Shown: positions 46,028 through 57,110 of the stretch, piece after piece
How positions within the stretch are numbered: the stretch's first letter is position 1
Layout of the letters: each line of letters opens with the position of its first letter
Origin: a virus
Taxonomy: Duplodnaviria > Caudoviricetes
Strand: one strand, 5' to 3'
IMG/VR virus record: IMGVR_UViG_3300044714_000062
Location: 1-61,323 of that record
Length of the DNA stretch: 61,323 bases
Made by a program: the position numbers and the translations under genes
The notes under the pieces: generated by a model
Databases searched by the model: none
What the model was told of the DNA's origin: nothing
Seen by the model: the letters and a program-made list of their open reading frames with translations, nothing else

Positions 46028-46624
46028 TCATGCGGCACGTCCAAGTATACGCCGCAGCGTCGTTTTCGGCAGCCCAGTAAGCCACGCTATCTGCCGCTCC
46101 GTATGGCCGTCTTCGGCGAGTGCCCGAGCGCGATCATGCTGGTCCGTGGGAGCGTCGATCACGGTGTCTCGGGGTGCTTTGCCGGTCACGACCGACCTGC
46201 CAGCCTTCAACCTCGCCTTCCTCACGAGCGTCGGTGTGCAGCGCATCGCCAGTGCTACGCGGTCCACGGGCTCGCCCTCGCCGTCCTTGATGATGCGGGC
46301 TTCGAGTTCGCTCTCGGTCTCGCCGACGACTTGGCCCTCTGCGCGCTTACGGTAGCTGTCCAGGTCCGCCTGGGCTTTCTCGATCACACGCCGGCGATGC
46401 CTCGTGATCGGTGCGGACTCGCGGTGTTCCTCCTCCAGGTCGTCGTAGACCGCCTTCTCCCAGCGCCTAGCCCAATGCTCATGTGGGGGCCTGCTCTCGC
46501 CGGTTGGTGGCTTGGTGTCCGCGCTGCCGCCACCACCAGTCGGGCTGTAATTCGTGATCGTCCCATGCGCCAACAGCTCCATGTTGGCGAGGATGCTCCG
46601 CATCTGCTGGGAGAGATCGATCAC
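46028..46624 (-). CDS. HTH protein, candidate late-gene regulator
   Basis: Two HTH-like segments; C-terminal GHTERQIAWLTGLPKTTLRRIL. Confidence 0.65.
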   Translation of the reverse strand: MIDLSQQMRSILANMELLAHGTITNYSPTGGGGSADTKPPTGESRPPHEHWARRWEKAVYDDLEEEHRESAPITRHRRRVIEKAQADLDSYRKRAEGQVVGETESELEARIIKDGEGEPVDRVALAMRCTPTLVRKARLKAGRSVVTGKAPRDTVIDAPTDQHDRARALAEDGHTERQIAWLTGLPKTTLRRILGRAA

Positions 46625-46770
46625 GCGAAGTCCCTCCGCTTGAGCTTCGCCATCCGGCCGTCCGGGTGGTGCGTCGAGTACCACCATGCTCGGCCAGTGA
46701 CCCACCGCAGGGCTGACCATGACCATGCACCGATGCAAGCCCCTAGCCGCATAGAACTCGCGCTCGAAGT

Positions 46771-47070
46771 TCACCGCCCGGTCTCCTTGCACGCCCGGAC
46801 GATCGCCGCACGCTCACGGTCCGTCAGATCCCCGACACGCCGCAAGGACGGCTCTTTGCCCGCGCGTCTAAACGCTCTCCATACCCGCTCCGCTCCCCAC
46901 CCGTACTGTGCGATCAGAAGATCGCAGAGGGACATCCCGTGCGCCTTGGGGTCCATGAGCGCAGCCTCGATCGAGAGTTCGTGCGCCTTCACGGCGCGCT
47001 TCACATCCGCGATGCCGGCACGCACCGCGGTCGCCCTCTCGAGCGCGGTCATATACTGCTCCCGCGTCAC
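46771..47070 (-). CDS. Actinobacterial integration host factor-like (H2TH) protein
   Basis: ALERA..VR...A.VKR.VK..ELS; M...DLL....WG; RVGDLTDRER. Confidence 0.8.
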   Translation of the reverse strand: MTREQYMTALERATAVRAGIADVKRAVKAHELSIEAALMDPKAHGMSLCDLLIAQYGWGAERVWRAFRRAGKEPSLRRVGDLTDRERAAIVRACKETGR

Positions 47071-47333
47071 CGTGGGGCCTCCCGCGTCCGACGGAGTGCC
47101 CGGGCCTCATACCACGCAAGGACGGCCAGCCGGTCAAATATCGCCCCCATCCGCAAGGCCGCTATCGGCTCGGGGAAATCGCGCTCCTCCAGACTCCATT
47201 TCCACGGTGTTGAGCGGCTAACGCCCAACTCCTCCGCGATCTCGGCGCGGCCAACAAGGTCCCACGGGCGGTCGATCGCGTTGTTCACGCTGGCGTTGTG
47301 GGGGAGGGGAGAGCCATACGAGCGGCCTGCCAC
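47067..47333 (-). CDS. AlpA/excisionase-like HTH protein
   Basis: LVGRAEIAEELGVSR..DFPEPI..L..G.IF....V.AW. Confidence 0.75.
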   Translation of the reverse strand: MAGRSYGSPLPHNASVNNAIDRPWDLVGRAEIAEELGVSRSTPWKWSLEERDFPEPIAALRMGAIFDRLAVLAWYEARALRRTREAPR

Positions 47334-47682
47334 GCGAGCTCTTTCTGGACTTTGCCCTCTCGCGCGTACGCAGCCAGGTCCTTCAGCTCGAGGTCACGGA
47401 GACGCACCAGTTCGACGAGTGCTTCGCGGAGAGCCCGCTCGCGCTTCAACGCCGCCGCATAGACGAAGGCGGCGACGAAAACGAAGTCAGGAGGCGCGCC
47501 ACCGATCACACCACCATGGCTATCGGTGTGCCACTCGTCCTCGCCGAAGCGCTCCACACGCTCCTCGGCCCACTCACGGCAAGCGAGCCACGTGTTTTCG
47601 CGTAGAGCCTCGTGCTCATCAAAGGGCACGCTCTCCATCGCAGCGCGTTCCTCAGAGCTCAACTCGCGGTCGCTCACCGTAC

Positions 47683-48333
47683 TCACGCCGCCAGAGCCTT
47701 CGTGATCGCCTGGCGTGAAGCGGTCCACTCATCCACCCAACGCAAAGCCCACGAGGCACGAAACACACCCTCGCTATCCGTGGCTTCCGCCGGATCATCG
47801 AGCGCCATGTCCCCCTTGCGGATCGATAGGAACCACTGCTCTGCCGGCCGATGCCCGTCTTTGGGGAGCCCCACAAGCTCAACATCGACCCCGCGAACAT
47901 TGGCAATCGTGCCGACCAGGCACGCGCACTCTCCGGTATAGGTCGATCCATCCACGCGGCCCTCCGTCAAGGCAGCACGCAAACCCGGGACCTCCTGGGG
48001 AGCCATGTCGAGGATCGACCAGAGGTCCTGCTTGAAAGCCCAGAGCGGATGCGATGGGCTTTCGACGGCGTCGCTCAGGACGGCGCCGCTCAGGACGGCG
48101 CCGCTCAGGACGGCGCCCCTCAGGACGGCGCCCCTCAGGTCGGCGCCCCTCAGGACGGCGCCCCTCAGGTCGGCGCCCCTCAGGACGGCGCCCCTCAGGT
48201 CGGCGCCGCTCAGGTCGGCGTCGCTCAGGACGGCGCCGCTTTTAACAGCCTCTTCCAGCGCCGTCCTCACATCCGAGGCGTTCTGCGCCGCGTAGAGCAC
48301 CTTCCCGTCGATCCAGTTCTTGATCTCGATCAC
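47683..48333 (-). CDS. Pentapeptide-repeat protein
   Basis: 12 A(D/V)L(S/R)(G/D) units; C-terminal [17 protein letters not shown] domain. Confidence 0.9.
   Translation of the reverse strand: MIEIKNWIDGKVLYAAQNASDVRTALEEAVKSGAVLSDADLSGADLRGAVLRGADLRGAVLRGADLRGAVLRGAVLSGAVLSGAVLSDAVESPSHPLWAFKQDLWSILDMAPQEVPGLRAALTEGRVDGSTYTGECACLVGTIANVRGVDVELVGLPKDGHRPAEQWFLSIRKGDMALDDPAEATDSEGVFRASWALRWVDEWTASRQAITKALAA
48061..48240. repeat. 15-bp tandem repeat x12
   Basis: CAGG(A/T)CGGCG(C/T)C(C/G)CT units. Confidence 0.9.
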
Positions 48334-48755
48334 TGCTCGGCTCTCCTTTGGTTGGTTTGATGGCAGCCCACGAAGCGGACATGGGTCTTGGCGGCGTACT
48401 CGAACCACCGCAGGAAACGCTCACGCATCCAGCCGACATTCCCCGGCGAGCAGGCCACTACCCAGCCGTCAGCGGTCGAGAAACGATGCGGGTGAACAGC
48501 CTCGACCCACAGGCGCGCAGCGTCTCGGCCTTCAGCCTCGGCCGTGTCGCAGATCGCGCGCAGGCATCCAGCGACAGGCGCCCAGCGAGCAGCCAGGGCC
48601 TCGGACGGGCAGCCATCTGGGTGCCGCTCCGTGAGCTTGGCGAGGCGTGTGGCCTCTTCCCTTCGATGCCACGCGACAAGGGCCTCGCGCTCTTCGTAGT
48701 CGTGGCGCGCCGCCGCACCCCGAGCGAGTTTTCGAGCCATCCCCTCAGTAGGCAC
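48330..48755 (-). CDS. DnaA N-terminal-domain-like protein
   Basis: W..V...L......LW.....H....VV..S.....W..ERF pattern. Confidence 0.5.
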   Translation of the reverse strand: MPTEGMARKLARGAAARHDYEEREALVAWHRREEATRLAKLTERHPDGCPSEALAARWAPVAGCLRAICDTAEAEGRDAARLWVEAVHPHRFSTADGWVVACSPGNVGWMRERFLRWFEYAAKTHVRFVGCHQTNQRRAEQ

Positions 48756-48929
48756 CAGCGATCACCCTTTCTTGCCCTGGTCCCCGTAGCACTGCTCCAC
48801 CGGGACCAAGGACAACTAGGAGGTTGGTCTGGGGGTGTGGGTAGGGGTATGGGACCGGGACCGCGCGATGCGTGCGCATACGCGAGGCACGGAATCCATC
48901 AGCCATCCATCTGGAATCCGGGCGGAATA

Positions 48930-49253
48930 TCACCGGCTTCCCTTTGCCTTCCGTGCCGTGTCCGCCTCTCGTTTCTGAATCACTGAGGCGCGGGAGGGGT
49001 TGAAGTCGAGGTAGTCGTGAATCACCCACCCGTCGTCGTTGGGCTCCCACAGGCCAGCAACAACCAACAGTTCCGACACCTTCGACGCCCGCTTGCCGGT
49101 GCGCTCGCTCAGCCACTCGGGGTCCACATGCCCGTCCGTCAGCGCACCCGCGGAGTAGCACAGTGAGCGCATCCAGACACCCGAAGCCTCGTTGCCCGCC
49201 CGGCGTATCTTCCGGTGCTGGTCGATGCTGTCGTCGAGCTTGACCCACGGCAT
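48930..49253 (-). CDS. Replication initiator, N-terminal DNA-binding part
   Basis: MPWVKLDD...H.KI..AG..A.G.W.....Y....TDG..L..AGLW....GW.IHDY..NPS. Confidence 0.8.
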   Translation of the reverse strand: MPWVKLDDSIDQHRKIRRAGNEASGVWMRSLCYSAGALTDGHVDPEWLSERTGKRASKVSELLVVAGLWEPNDDGWVIHDYLDFNPSRASVIQKREADTARKAKGSR

Positions 49254-49754
49254 TCACGCCTCCCCAATCGCAGCGGACATGTCGGGTGGCATAAACCCTA
49301 GGGGCTTGAGGATCTTGCCATCCTCTCGCACCAAGCGCTCCCCACGCCCCGTGCCGTCGCAGTGCTCGCATGGGTCACGGGCGCCCACCTGATCCGCGCG
49401 GTCTAAGGCCGCTTCGGCGTCCCCGGTACCATGGCACCACTCGCATGGCGGGTAGAGCTTGTGCATCGCCGCGCGGTGGACTTCAGCCAATGCGGCGTCG
49501 AGGTCGATGTCGAAGGCGTGCGCGGTCCCGTAGGAGACATAAAGGACGTCGGCTAGCTCGCGGGCGAGCTGCGCTCGGTTGATCGCGCGGTCATCAAGGG
49601 GGATACGCTCATCAAATACCAGGGGGCCTAGCTCATCCAGTAGCTCCTTGCCCTCCTCTTCATGCAGTGTCAGCCGGAGGGCGCCGTTGCCACGGCCGCG
49701 TTCGTCGTCCAGCGCCGCGTGGAACTCCGCGAGCATGTCGGCCGCGGCGCTCAC
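49254..49754 (-). CDS. MazG-like / PRA-PH nucleotide pyrophosphohydrolase with Zn-finger insert
   Basis: EFH; LHEEE..EL; ELADVLYV.YG; EVH...M.K; REDGKILKP. Confidence 0.85.
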   Translation of the reverse strand: MSAAADMLAEFHAALDDERGRGNGALRLTLHEEEGKELLDELGPLVFDERIPLDDRAINRAQLARELADVLYVSYGTAHAFDIDLDAALAEVHRAAMHKLYPPCEWCHGTGDAEAALDRADQVGARDPCEHCDGTGRGERLVREDGKILKPLGFMPPDMSAAIGEA

Positions 49755-51117
49755 GTCTGCGCCTCTCCACCCACGGGCACCCAAGGACCGACAAAACGCC
49801 ACTCCAGCGTGTGCTCCGCGTCGGGAATGTCGATAAAGGAGCGCGCGGTGTTCTCCGATACTTCCACAGGTGGGTCGCTGGGCGAGACGGCCCTCCATGC
49901 GACAGTTAGCCCTCTGGCCAAGTCAGCGGCATGGATCGCGGCCTCCATCTTGACCCTCTGCCGGGGAGATTCCGACACGCCGTCGGGTGCGTATGCGGCT
50001 AGCGCGGCCATCACTACGTTGGGTGCTATCGGCTGGTCGCTCATGGCCCCTCCCGCTTGACGTGTGGGCCGGCGTTGTGGCGCTCCACGATCGCCACTAG
50101 GGCCTTACGAAAGTTGGCTAGTTGCTGGCACTCATCGTCCGTCAAGCGCTGACCGTCGGCTGCCCCGTCGAGGATCGCGCAGATATCCGGCGCGTCGTCG
50201 AGGAGGTGTTCGCAGACGAGCGCATCGAAGTCCGCCGTCACGTCTTCTCTGCCGTCGCCAATGACCGCCATGGTGTAGCCGCCATTCTTCAGGGGCTTAC
50301 GCTGATACCGGGTGAGGGCGTAGATGCGGCCCGACAGCGGGCCTTGGCGCAGTAGGATCGGGGTCTTCCGGGCGCTCATGGCTTCTCCCGTCGCCTGCGC
50401 TGCGGACGAGCATCAACCGGCTCTGCGGTGAACTGGATTTCCATCCCTGGCTCAGGCCTGACCGCCGTATGCACGATCCACGCAGCTTCGCCGTTGGGTC
50501 TCACGCCCGCGACGAGACGGAAGCTCAGCGGCACCGGAGGCATCTGGACCCCAACCGCCTCGCCCTCTACAGCGTGCTGCTTGAGCGGAGGAGTCATCGC
50601 CGTCCGAGACCTTTTTCAGCGATCCGGCCGGCCTGCTCAGCAGATACATAGGTAGATCTATCGAGGACGACGATCACTGCCTCCAGGGCCATCCGGTAGC
50701 GAGCATGGCGGGTGGTCGGATCGTCCTGTGGGAGCGCCAGCGCAAGGGCCTCCAGGCGATCCTCAGCGGCGAGAGGAGCCAACGCACGCTCAATCGCTCG
50801 CGCGGCCTTCGCGGGCGCAGGGAGAGCACGAGAAGTGCTCATGCTGCCTTGGCCTCGTCGTAGTGGCCTACACGCTCGGGCTCCTCGGCGAGAAGGCGCT
50901 GCACCTCAGCCTCCACGGCATCCTCCGGGAATCGTTTGCCGTGTGGGCACTCCACGAACCGGGGACGCGCCTCGCCGACGGTCGTGACCTCTACATGCCG
51001 GCCACTCCGCAGCACTTCCGCCAGCAACTCGTGCACATCAGGGCACTCCGCTGTTGTCAGAAACGTCACGCACCCGCAGCGCTCTACCCCCATATACGCC
51101 TTGTCCTGGTCGCTCAT
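49751..51117 (-). CDS. Run of five small coupled hypothetical genes (49751-50044, 50041-50379, 50376-50597, 50594-50842, 50839-~51117)
   Basis: ATGA/GTGA overlaps with RBSs. Confidence 0.55.
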
Positions 51118-51854
51118 GCCGCCATGTCCTGGTAGTGGTGTGGGCGCTCGGGCTCCATGTCGAACAGCCGCTCGGAGCTCAGGGCGACGGCGGGGTGGCG
51201 GGCCTCGCCCGTTTCGCCAGCGTGGCGCAGGAGCGAGAGCACCTTCAAACGCTGGCTCACACGGCACCTCGCAACGGTCGAGCGAGCACAGAGGGCTGGT
51301 AAGAACGGCGACTTGGACGACGGCGCGGCTCGGGTGGGAGTCTGACCTCGACCACGGGTAGATCCCAGTCGGGGTGTGCGGCAGCGAACCGCTGGGAGTC
51401 CCGTGCGTGCGCGGCACGCTTCGCGGCCGAGGTCATACGCCGTTCCTGGGGCAGCACGCAATGAGCGCGACGGGCTCCCCGCTGGGTGCCACCTTGACCA
51501 CCGTGAGAGACGGCTTGCGCTGACCCGGGTAGGTGCCGTGACACCAGCCCCCGTCCGGGTGCAGCCGATCGACTACCTCAAGGAGTTCGGCCGAGACAGC
51601 CTGCGTACACGTGACTGGCAGTACGCCGCCACGCCACCACACGCTTTCCTCGACGCGCCCGAACACCGTGACCTTCAGCAACCCCTCGGCAACTGCCTGG
51701 TATATGGCGGCGAGCGTCATCCACGCGGTGCCAGTGCGCGTTGGGTCTGCGCGCGCAGCGAGGCCGAGTTGCCCCTTGACGAGGAGGTAGCCCTGCGCGG
51801 TGTCCCAGCCCTCTATTACTTCGCGGGCCTCCAGCTCTGGGTACGCCAGTTGAG

Positions 51855-52379
51855 TCACGCCACGGCCTCCATCCGATCCCCAGCAGGCGGGTATTCGCGG
51901 TCGAGCGCCCACTCAAGGTCTAGCTCGCGGGCGAACTCGAACACGCGGGGGGCGTGCGCTTCGAGGACGACACGGGGGATGCGGCGGCTCGCGTTGTGGT
52001 GCGCCGCATGGCACAGCCGTCCCACCGGAAGCTGGTTGCGAAGATCCCAGCGGACAGCTTCAAAGTCCAACCCTCTGAAACCTGCTTCTTTTCGTAGAAC
52101 CTGCACCCTGATTATGTGATGCCCCTCCACGCCCGGGCAGTCGGGGCGTCCACAAACGGCGCAGCACTTCCCGCGCGCATGAACTCCCCAGGGTGCTCGT
52201 CTCCCTCTTCCTTCTCCACGCCTGCTGCGCTTCCGTTTCCCGTTGGCCTGCGCGTACTCCAACGGCGTAGCCATCCGGGTCTCCATCGACCGCTGCCCCT
52301 CCCGTCCGATCGCCGAGTACCGCACGAGCGGGGTGGTGCGCCGCAGCGGCGTCTTACGCTGAAGCTCCGCGCGTTTCAT
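51855..52379 (-). CDS. HNH endonuclease-like protein
   Basis: MKR..L.RKTPL; CAVCG; GHHII; D.RN....CH..HH. Confidence 0.75.
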   Translation of the reverse strand: MKRAELQRKTPLRRTTPLVRYSAIGREGQRSMETRMATPLEYAQANGKRKRSRRGEGRGRRAPWGVHARGKCCAVCGRPDCPGVEGHHIIRVQVLRKEAGFRGLDFEAVRWDLRNQLPVGRLCHAAHHNASRRIPRVVLEAHAPRVFEFARELDLEWALDREYPPAGDRMEAVA

Positions 52380-52571
52380 AGCGAGAGCGGCATCCCTTCG
52401 GCGAGTAGGCGCTCCTCGGTCGCCGCTTCATAGGCGAAGTGGACGAGGCAGTCCAGCTTGGGCGCATACGTGCCGCGCTGGTTTTCGCCGTAGGCTTCCT
52501 GGATCTCGGCGGAGAGCCGGCCAAGCATCCCCTCCCATTCACGCAGGAGGTCGAGCGTCACCTTGGGGGGC

Positions 52572-53556
52572 TCAGTCGCCACTTGGCTCCTCCTCCTTGG
52601 AGACGGACGCCGCGAGAGCCGCACGAGCTATATGGTTGACATCGCTTACGTGTGCAGCGGGGTTGCCTGTCTTGCCAGGATTGGTGCGTTCCTCGATGCG
52701 TTGGAGAGCGCCCTTCAGCGCGTCTCGCTCGGCCTCGGCAGCCGCGAGCTTGGCGTTCCGTTGATCCATGATGCGCTCAAGCTGGGCGATGCCATCTTTC
52801 AATTCTTCGTCTTCCCGCAGACGCTCCTGGTATTTGGCCTTCCATCCATCCCACTCCCGCTCTAGGTCATTCACTCGCTGCTCGGCAGCTACAGCACGAG
52901 CCTCCGGGGCCACCGTTACCGCCGCACCGCTCTCGGCCCTAGAAGCAGCCGCGTTACCCAGAGCGCGCCAGATACCATCCTCGTGGACAAGCGTCCATTT
53001 ACGGTCATCACCCCTGACGGGCCCAGGCATCAGTCCAACTCCTCAACGCGCTTGCCGAGAATGCGCCAGCGGCGCGGGCTTCCCCCTACACGCACTATCA
53101 ACCTGCCCCCATCATCCTGGGCAATGATCTCCACCGCGACGGGCTGGCGCTCCCGCTCGAACCGCTTCCAGGTGAGGAGCGTCTGGGTGCTCACGATCCA
53201 CTGCCGGCGACCCTGCGTAATGACAGCCATGGTCAGCTCCTCCCGTGGCTCTTGAGAAGTGCCATCCCAATTGCCGCCCGGGTTTCGAGGGTGCGCATCA
53301 CGGCCTTCAAGCCTTCCCAGCGCGCCTCGTGCTCCATCCCGAGCATCGCGGTTTCGCGGTCAGCGATGGCGTTGCGTTCGGCGATCGTGCCCGTCGCTGT
53401 CAGGAACTCTTCCGCGCGGGTCTTCTCCTTGTCGCGCTTGCTGCGCCAATGGTCAAGCGCCGCTGCCTCCAGCTCGTTCTGGCGGTGCGCCATATCGCAC
53501 TCGATCTCCTCCAGGCGGCCTTGGACTGCGCCGGGTGCGGTGAGGGTGGCGTTCAC
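52572..53556 (-). CDS. Three small hypothetical genes (52572-53030, 53030-53230, 53233-53556)
   Basis: Coupled ORFs; two are coiled-coil. Confidence 0.55.
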
Positions 53557-54158
53557 AGCCGCCTCCCCCTGTACGCGACCTTGACACGGCGCCTCGGCGG
53601 CGCGACGGACAGCTCGCGTGCACGCTCCAGGGCCTCCGCGACACCCGGCAGCTTGGCGAGCCGGTTAACGCCGGGGACGCTCGGCTTACGCACAGCCCCG
53701 CAGCGAATTACCCGTACAGCGACCCCCGCGATCTCGATGCCGACAGCATCCCGGAGTGCATCTGCCATGCTCTCCGGGCTCGCAGAGAAGGGCACCTCGA
53801 CCTCCATCTCAAGCCCGCGTCCGAGCGCGCCGGCAGCCGCCGTTTCGCTGATCGTCCCAGCCATGATGAGCGTCTGGAGGACTTCCTCCAGCGTCTCGGC
53901 CACATAGACTGTCGTGCCGGCGTTCGCTCCGGGGACCTTCAGCTCGAAGTCGCCCTCCAGCAGTGTGGTTGCCGCCTCATGGTCCATGCGCCGGACGAGT
54001 TCTTGCTGCACGGCGTCCTCTTCTTCGGCGATCTGCCGCCGCAACTCCCCGAGTGCATCGACCCACTCCGCCAGGCGTTTCGTGCTCGCGGTACGCACGT
54101 TCACGATCTCGCCCATGGGGCGGTCGAGGACCGTCAGCTCAGTAGAGGACTCAGACAT
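53553..54158 (-). CDS. Hypothetical protein of the recombination cluster
   Basis: RBS; helical N-terminus. Confidence 0.6.
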   Translation of the reverse strand: MSESSTELTVLDRPMGEIVNVRTASTKRLAEWVDALGELRRQIAEEEDAVQQELVRRMDHEAATTLLEGDFELKVPGANAGTTVYVAETLEEVLQTLIMAGTISETAAAGALGRGLEMEVEVPFSASPESMADALRDAVGIEIAGVAVRVIRCGAVRKPSVPGVNRLAKLPGVAEALERARELSVAPPRRRVKVAYRGRRL

Positions 54159-54687
54159 CGACCGTCTCCTGTGGGTGGTCGGCAAGCCACTTCAGGTATC
54201 CACGTCGGCACCGGACCTCCTCAGCGTTCCACTGCTCGCGGAGAACAGCGAGTTGGCGTGCGTTGAACTCGACGCGCCAGAAGTATTCGACGGGGTTGCC
54301 CTCGCGGATCGAGAAGTGCTGGCTAATTGTGTCTACGCGGATGCCGTAGTTGTTGGCGATGTCCAGCGCCTTCCACGGCTCGCCGTAGATATCCACGGTT
54401 GGGTGGCGATACGAGTGGCCGTCGCCCCCCTGGCAGGACTGGCACGTCCCAACGCCGTGCTCTTTGAGGATGCGCACGACGCGGGCGATCCCGGGGTCGA
54501 TCCGTTCGCCTCGGAAGTGCTCAAGCGCCCAGTGGTAGTCGCTCTGGTCGTCGAGGTTCGGTCCCTCGCGCCAGCCTGGCTCCCTTGGTGTCTCTGCGTC
54601 TTCGAGGTCCCCGATCTGCTTGCGCGGGAGGAGCATGGCGTCCAGCCACCACTCCGGCACGTCGTCGCGTGTACGGCGCTTACTCAT
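54151..54687 (-). CDS. Hypothetical protein (IDPGI..V..L...G..T..SCQG motif)
   Basis: Coupled ORF with a recognisable small motif. Confidence 0.55.
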   Translation of the reverse strand: MSKRRTRDDVPEWWLDAMLLPRKQIGDLEDAETPREPGWREGPNLDDQSDYHWALEHFRGERIDPGIARVVRILKEHGVGTCQSCQGGDGHSYRHPTVDIYGEPWKALDIANNYGIRVDTISQHFSIREGNPVEYFWRVEFNARQLAVLREQWNAEEVRCRRGYLKWLADHPQETVDV

Positions 54688-55595
54688 GCCTGCGCTCCGC
54701 TCTCGGCTGCGAGGATGGCTTCCGCGCGGTCCGTGTCGGGGTCTCGTGTGAACTCCTCGGCGGCCGCCTCGATCGCGGCATCAGTGGAGTCAGCGAGGTC
54801 ATCGCGTGTCTCCTGCGCTAGCGCCTCGCGCCGGTTCTTCACCTTCGACCCAACCATCGCCAAAGACCCCAACACCAACTGCGGCAAGTATCCTCCCGCG
54901 CGGCGTTCGATCTCATCCAACGCGGCACCCACCGGGTTCCCGTCGGGCTCACAGCCCATGAGGTAACCGAGAGCCTGACGGCTAGTAGCGAGCTGCGCGT
55001 CAGAGGTCGCTGGCCCGTACTTCGGGCCGCTCTTGACGTGCTGCGGGGTGTCGTCTACCTCCTCGGCGGACACATCACCCATGCCTACGAGATCCGCGAT
55101 TGCACGGTTCTTCGCCCGCGTCGTCGCCGTTGCACGGAGATCGTTCTCTAGTTTCTGCCGCCCCTTGGCGTCCTTGAAGCGGGGCTCGTCGCTGCTGCAA
55201 TACCCGTCGCCATCCATCGTGCGACCGGCCGGCGTGATAGCGCGTGCGACGGCCTCTGCGCGAAGGGGGTTCCCCTCAGCGTCGCGTTCGGCGTTGAGCG
55301 TGCCGGGAACAAGCTTTACGTCGAGGTCGAACGCGGTGGCGATCTTCCGCCACCCTTTCTTCTTGACGAAACTCCCCGGCTTGTTGGGGGGACCCTGCCA
55401 GTCGTCTGGTGTGAGGAGGCTTCGGAGGAGCCGCTGGTAAGTCGCGAAGCTCTCCAGCACCGCCGCAGGATCGAGGGGGCGTAGAACCTCGCTCCGGCGC
55501 TCCCGGACCGCAGGGAGCATAGCCGCAGTCTGCTCCTCTATGGCCTGCGTGTCCTCGACGCACTCGGCGTCTGGTATCTGCTCGGGGGCGCTCAC
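54684..55595 (-). CDS. Putative single-strand annealing / recombination protein
   Basis: FVKK.GW.KIA; G.G.CSS.E; A.TRAKNRAI.DLVG...VSAEE. Confidence 0.55.
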   Translation of the reverse strand: MSAPEQIPDAECVEDTQAIEEQTAAMLPAVRERRSEVLRPLDPAAVLESFATYQRLLRSLLTPDDWQGPPNKPGSFVKKKGWRKIATAFDLDVKLVPGTLNAERDAEGNPLRAEAVARAITPAGRTMDGDGYCSSDEPRFKDAKGRQKLENDLRATATTRAKNRAIADLVGMGDVSAEEVDDTPQHVKSGPKYGPATSDAQLATSRQALGYLMGCEPDGNPVGAALDEIERRAGGYLPQLVLGSLAMVGSKVKNRREALAQETRDDLADSTDAAIEAAAEEFTRDPDTDRAEAILAAESGAQA

Positions 55596-57110
55596 TTCAA
55601 CTTGCCCTTCAGCAGAAAGCGGAGGTTGGTCTGTATCGACTCAGCGGCCGACGCGCTCACAGCATCCGCGATGCCCTGGAAGTCCGACCATAGCCGCTCC
55701 TTGACTTTCTTCTTGACCTCCCGGGACAGCCATTCCCCGAGCGCGGTGTCCTGGCGGCTGCTGCTGTAGCCCGAGCGGTTCTCGGGGAGCTTGATCTGCT
55801 CCTCGACGCGGGCGGCGATTAGCTCTCGCAGCGTACGCTTCGGGCCGCTACGTGGGTCGCCGTAGGCGTCGGTCGGCTGGAACTCGCCATCAAGCGCCTG
55901 GGTGATCGCTGCCGCGACCGGCTCACGTATCTCCGAAAGAATCTGGCCCTTGACCATCTCGTTAACGTGCTGCTGAAGCGCTTCGTCGAACACCACTCGC
56001 GCCCGCTCCTCGCCGGGTGGCCTCCAGCGCTCCACGGCCATCGCTGCGGCGCGCTCGATGACCTGCTCGCGCAGCTCGCCCGGGTCAATCAGCTCGTCTA
56101 GCACGTTCACGATGCACCCCCCAGGATCTCTACACGAGGCGCATCTACCGAAAGGCGCAGACGCTCACCATCCAGCCATACCGCAAGACTGGCCAACTCC
56201 GGGAAGCCACCCGGAACAAAGAGGCTCATTTCGCAGCCGTGCGCCGTTTTGAGGGTCACCCACCCTCGGCCAGCTATCGCATGGAGACCGTTGGTCAACG
56301 CCGCAGCGATCATCGCTTCGAACTCCGCGACGGTCAGGCCGTGTACGTTCAGATCGACCGTCGCTCCCTGCGGGATGACGATGCCCGCGAAGTGGCCTCC
56401 CCCTGCTGTATTCTGCTCGCCGCTCACTTGGACTCACCCTCCTTGTGGACATGGGTGGCTCCGAGTTCAGGCTCGGGGCCACACTTTTTGAACGACACGC
56501 CGAGCCCGACCGCGCCCAACGCGACCTGTACGAGCCCCGTGTGGGGACGGAGCTCGCTCGCCACGGCGCGCTCCTGACGCTCACCCAACAGTGGGCGCCG
56601 GAGGTCTTCGAGGACGGCGACCTTGCGACGGAACCTCACGATTCGTCCTCCAATACCGCGCGGCAAAGAGACTCAGCGTCTGCTCGGGCGTCGCGGTCAT
56701 CCAAAGCCTGGGCATCCACGTCATCGACAAAGCGTTCCAGCCAGTCGCAGACACGCTCGATCATCCCTGGCGTGATCTTGCCGCTCATCGTCCGGGCCTC
56801 CGGTACCACCCACGCACACGCGCCGGCACCCACTCGACTACTCGAAGACGTCCACGACCTCCTGCTTCACCTTCCGCACCATCGGCTGGAACTCCGCCTC
56901 GCGGACCGCCACGAACGTCCCGGTTTTCTCCTCCAGGCTCGCGGTCGCCTTCTTGATCGCGTCCTTGCGGCTCGTGGCCTTCACCGCTGTTTTCTCGGTG
57001 AGATGCTTCCACGCGCCGTCCATGAACGTGAACACATGGTAGGCGCCGGGGGCCTTGGAGCGCGTCATCTTCGGGGGAGCGGCAGCCACGGCTGTTTCGG
57101 TATCGGGCAC
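55592..57110 (-). CDS. Run of small hypothetical early genes (55592-56110, 56107-56427, 56838-57110 and others)
   Basis: Coupled ORFs with RBSs. Confidence 0.5.
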
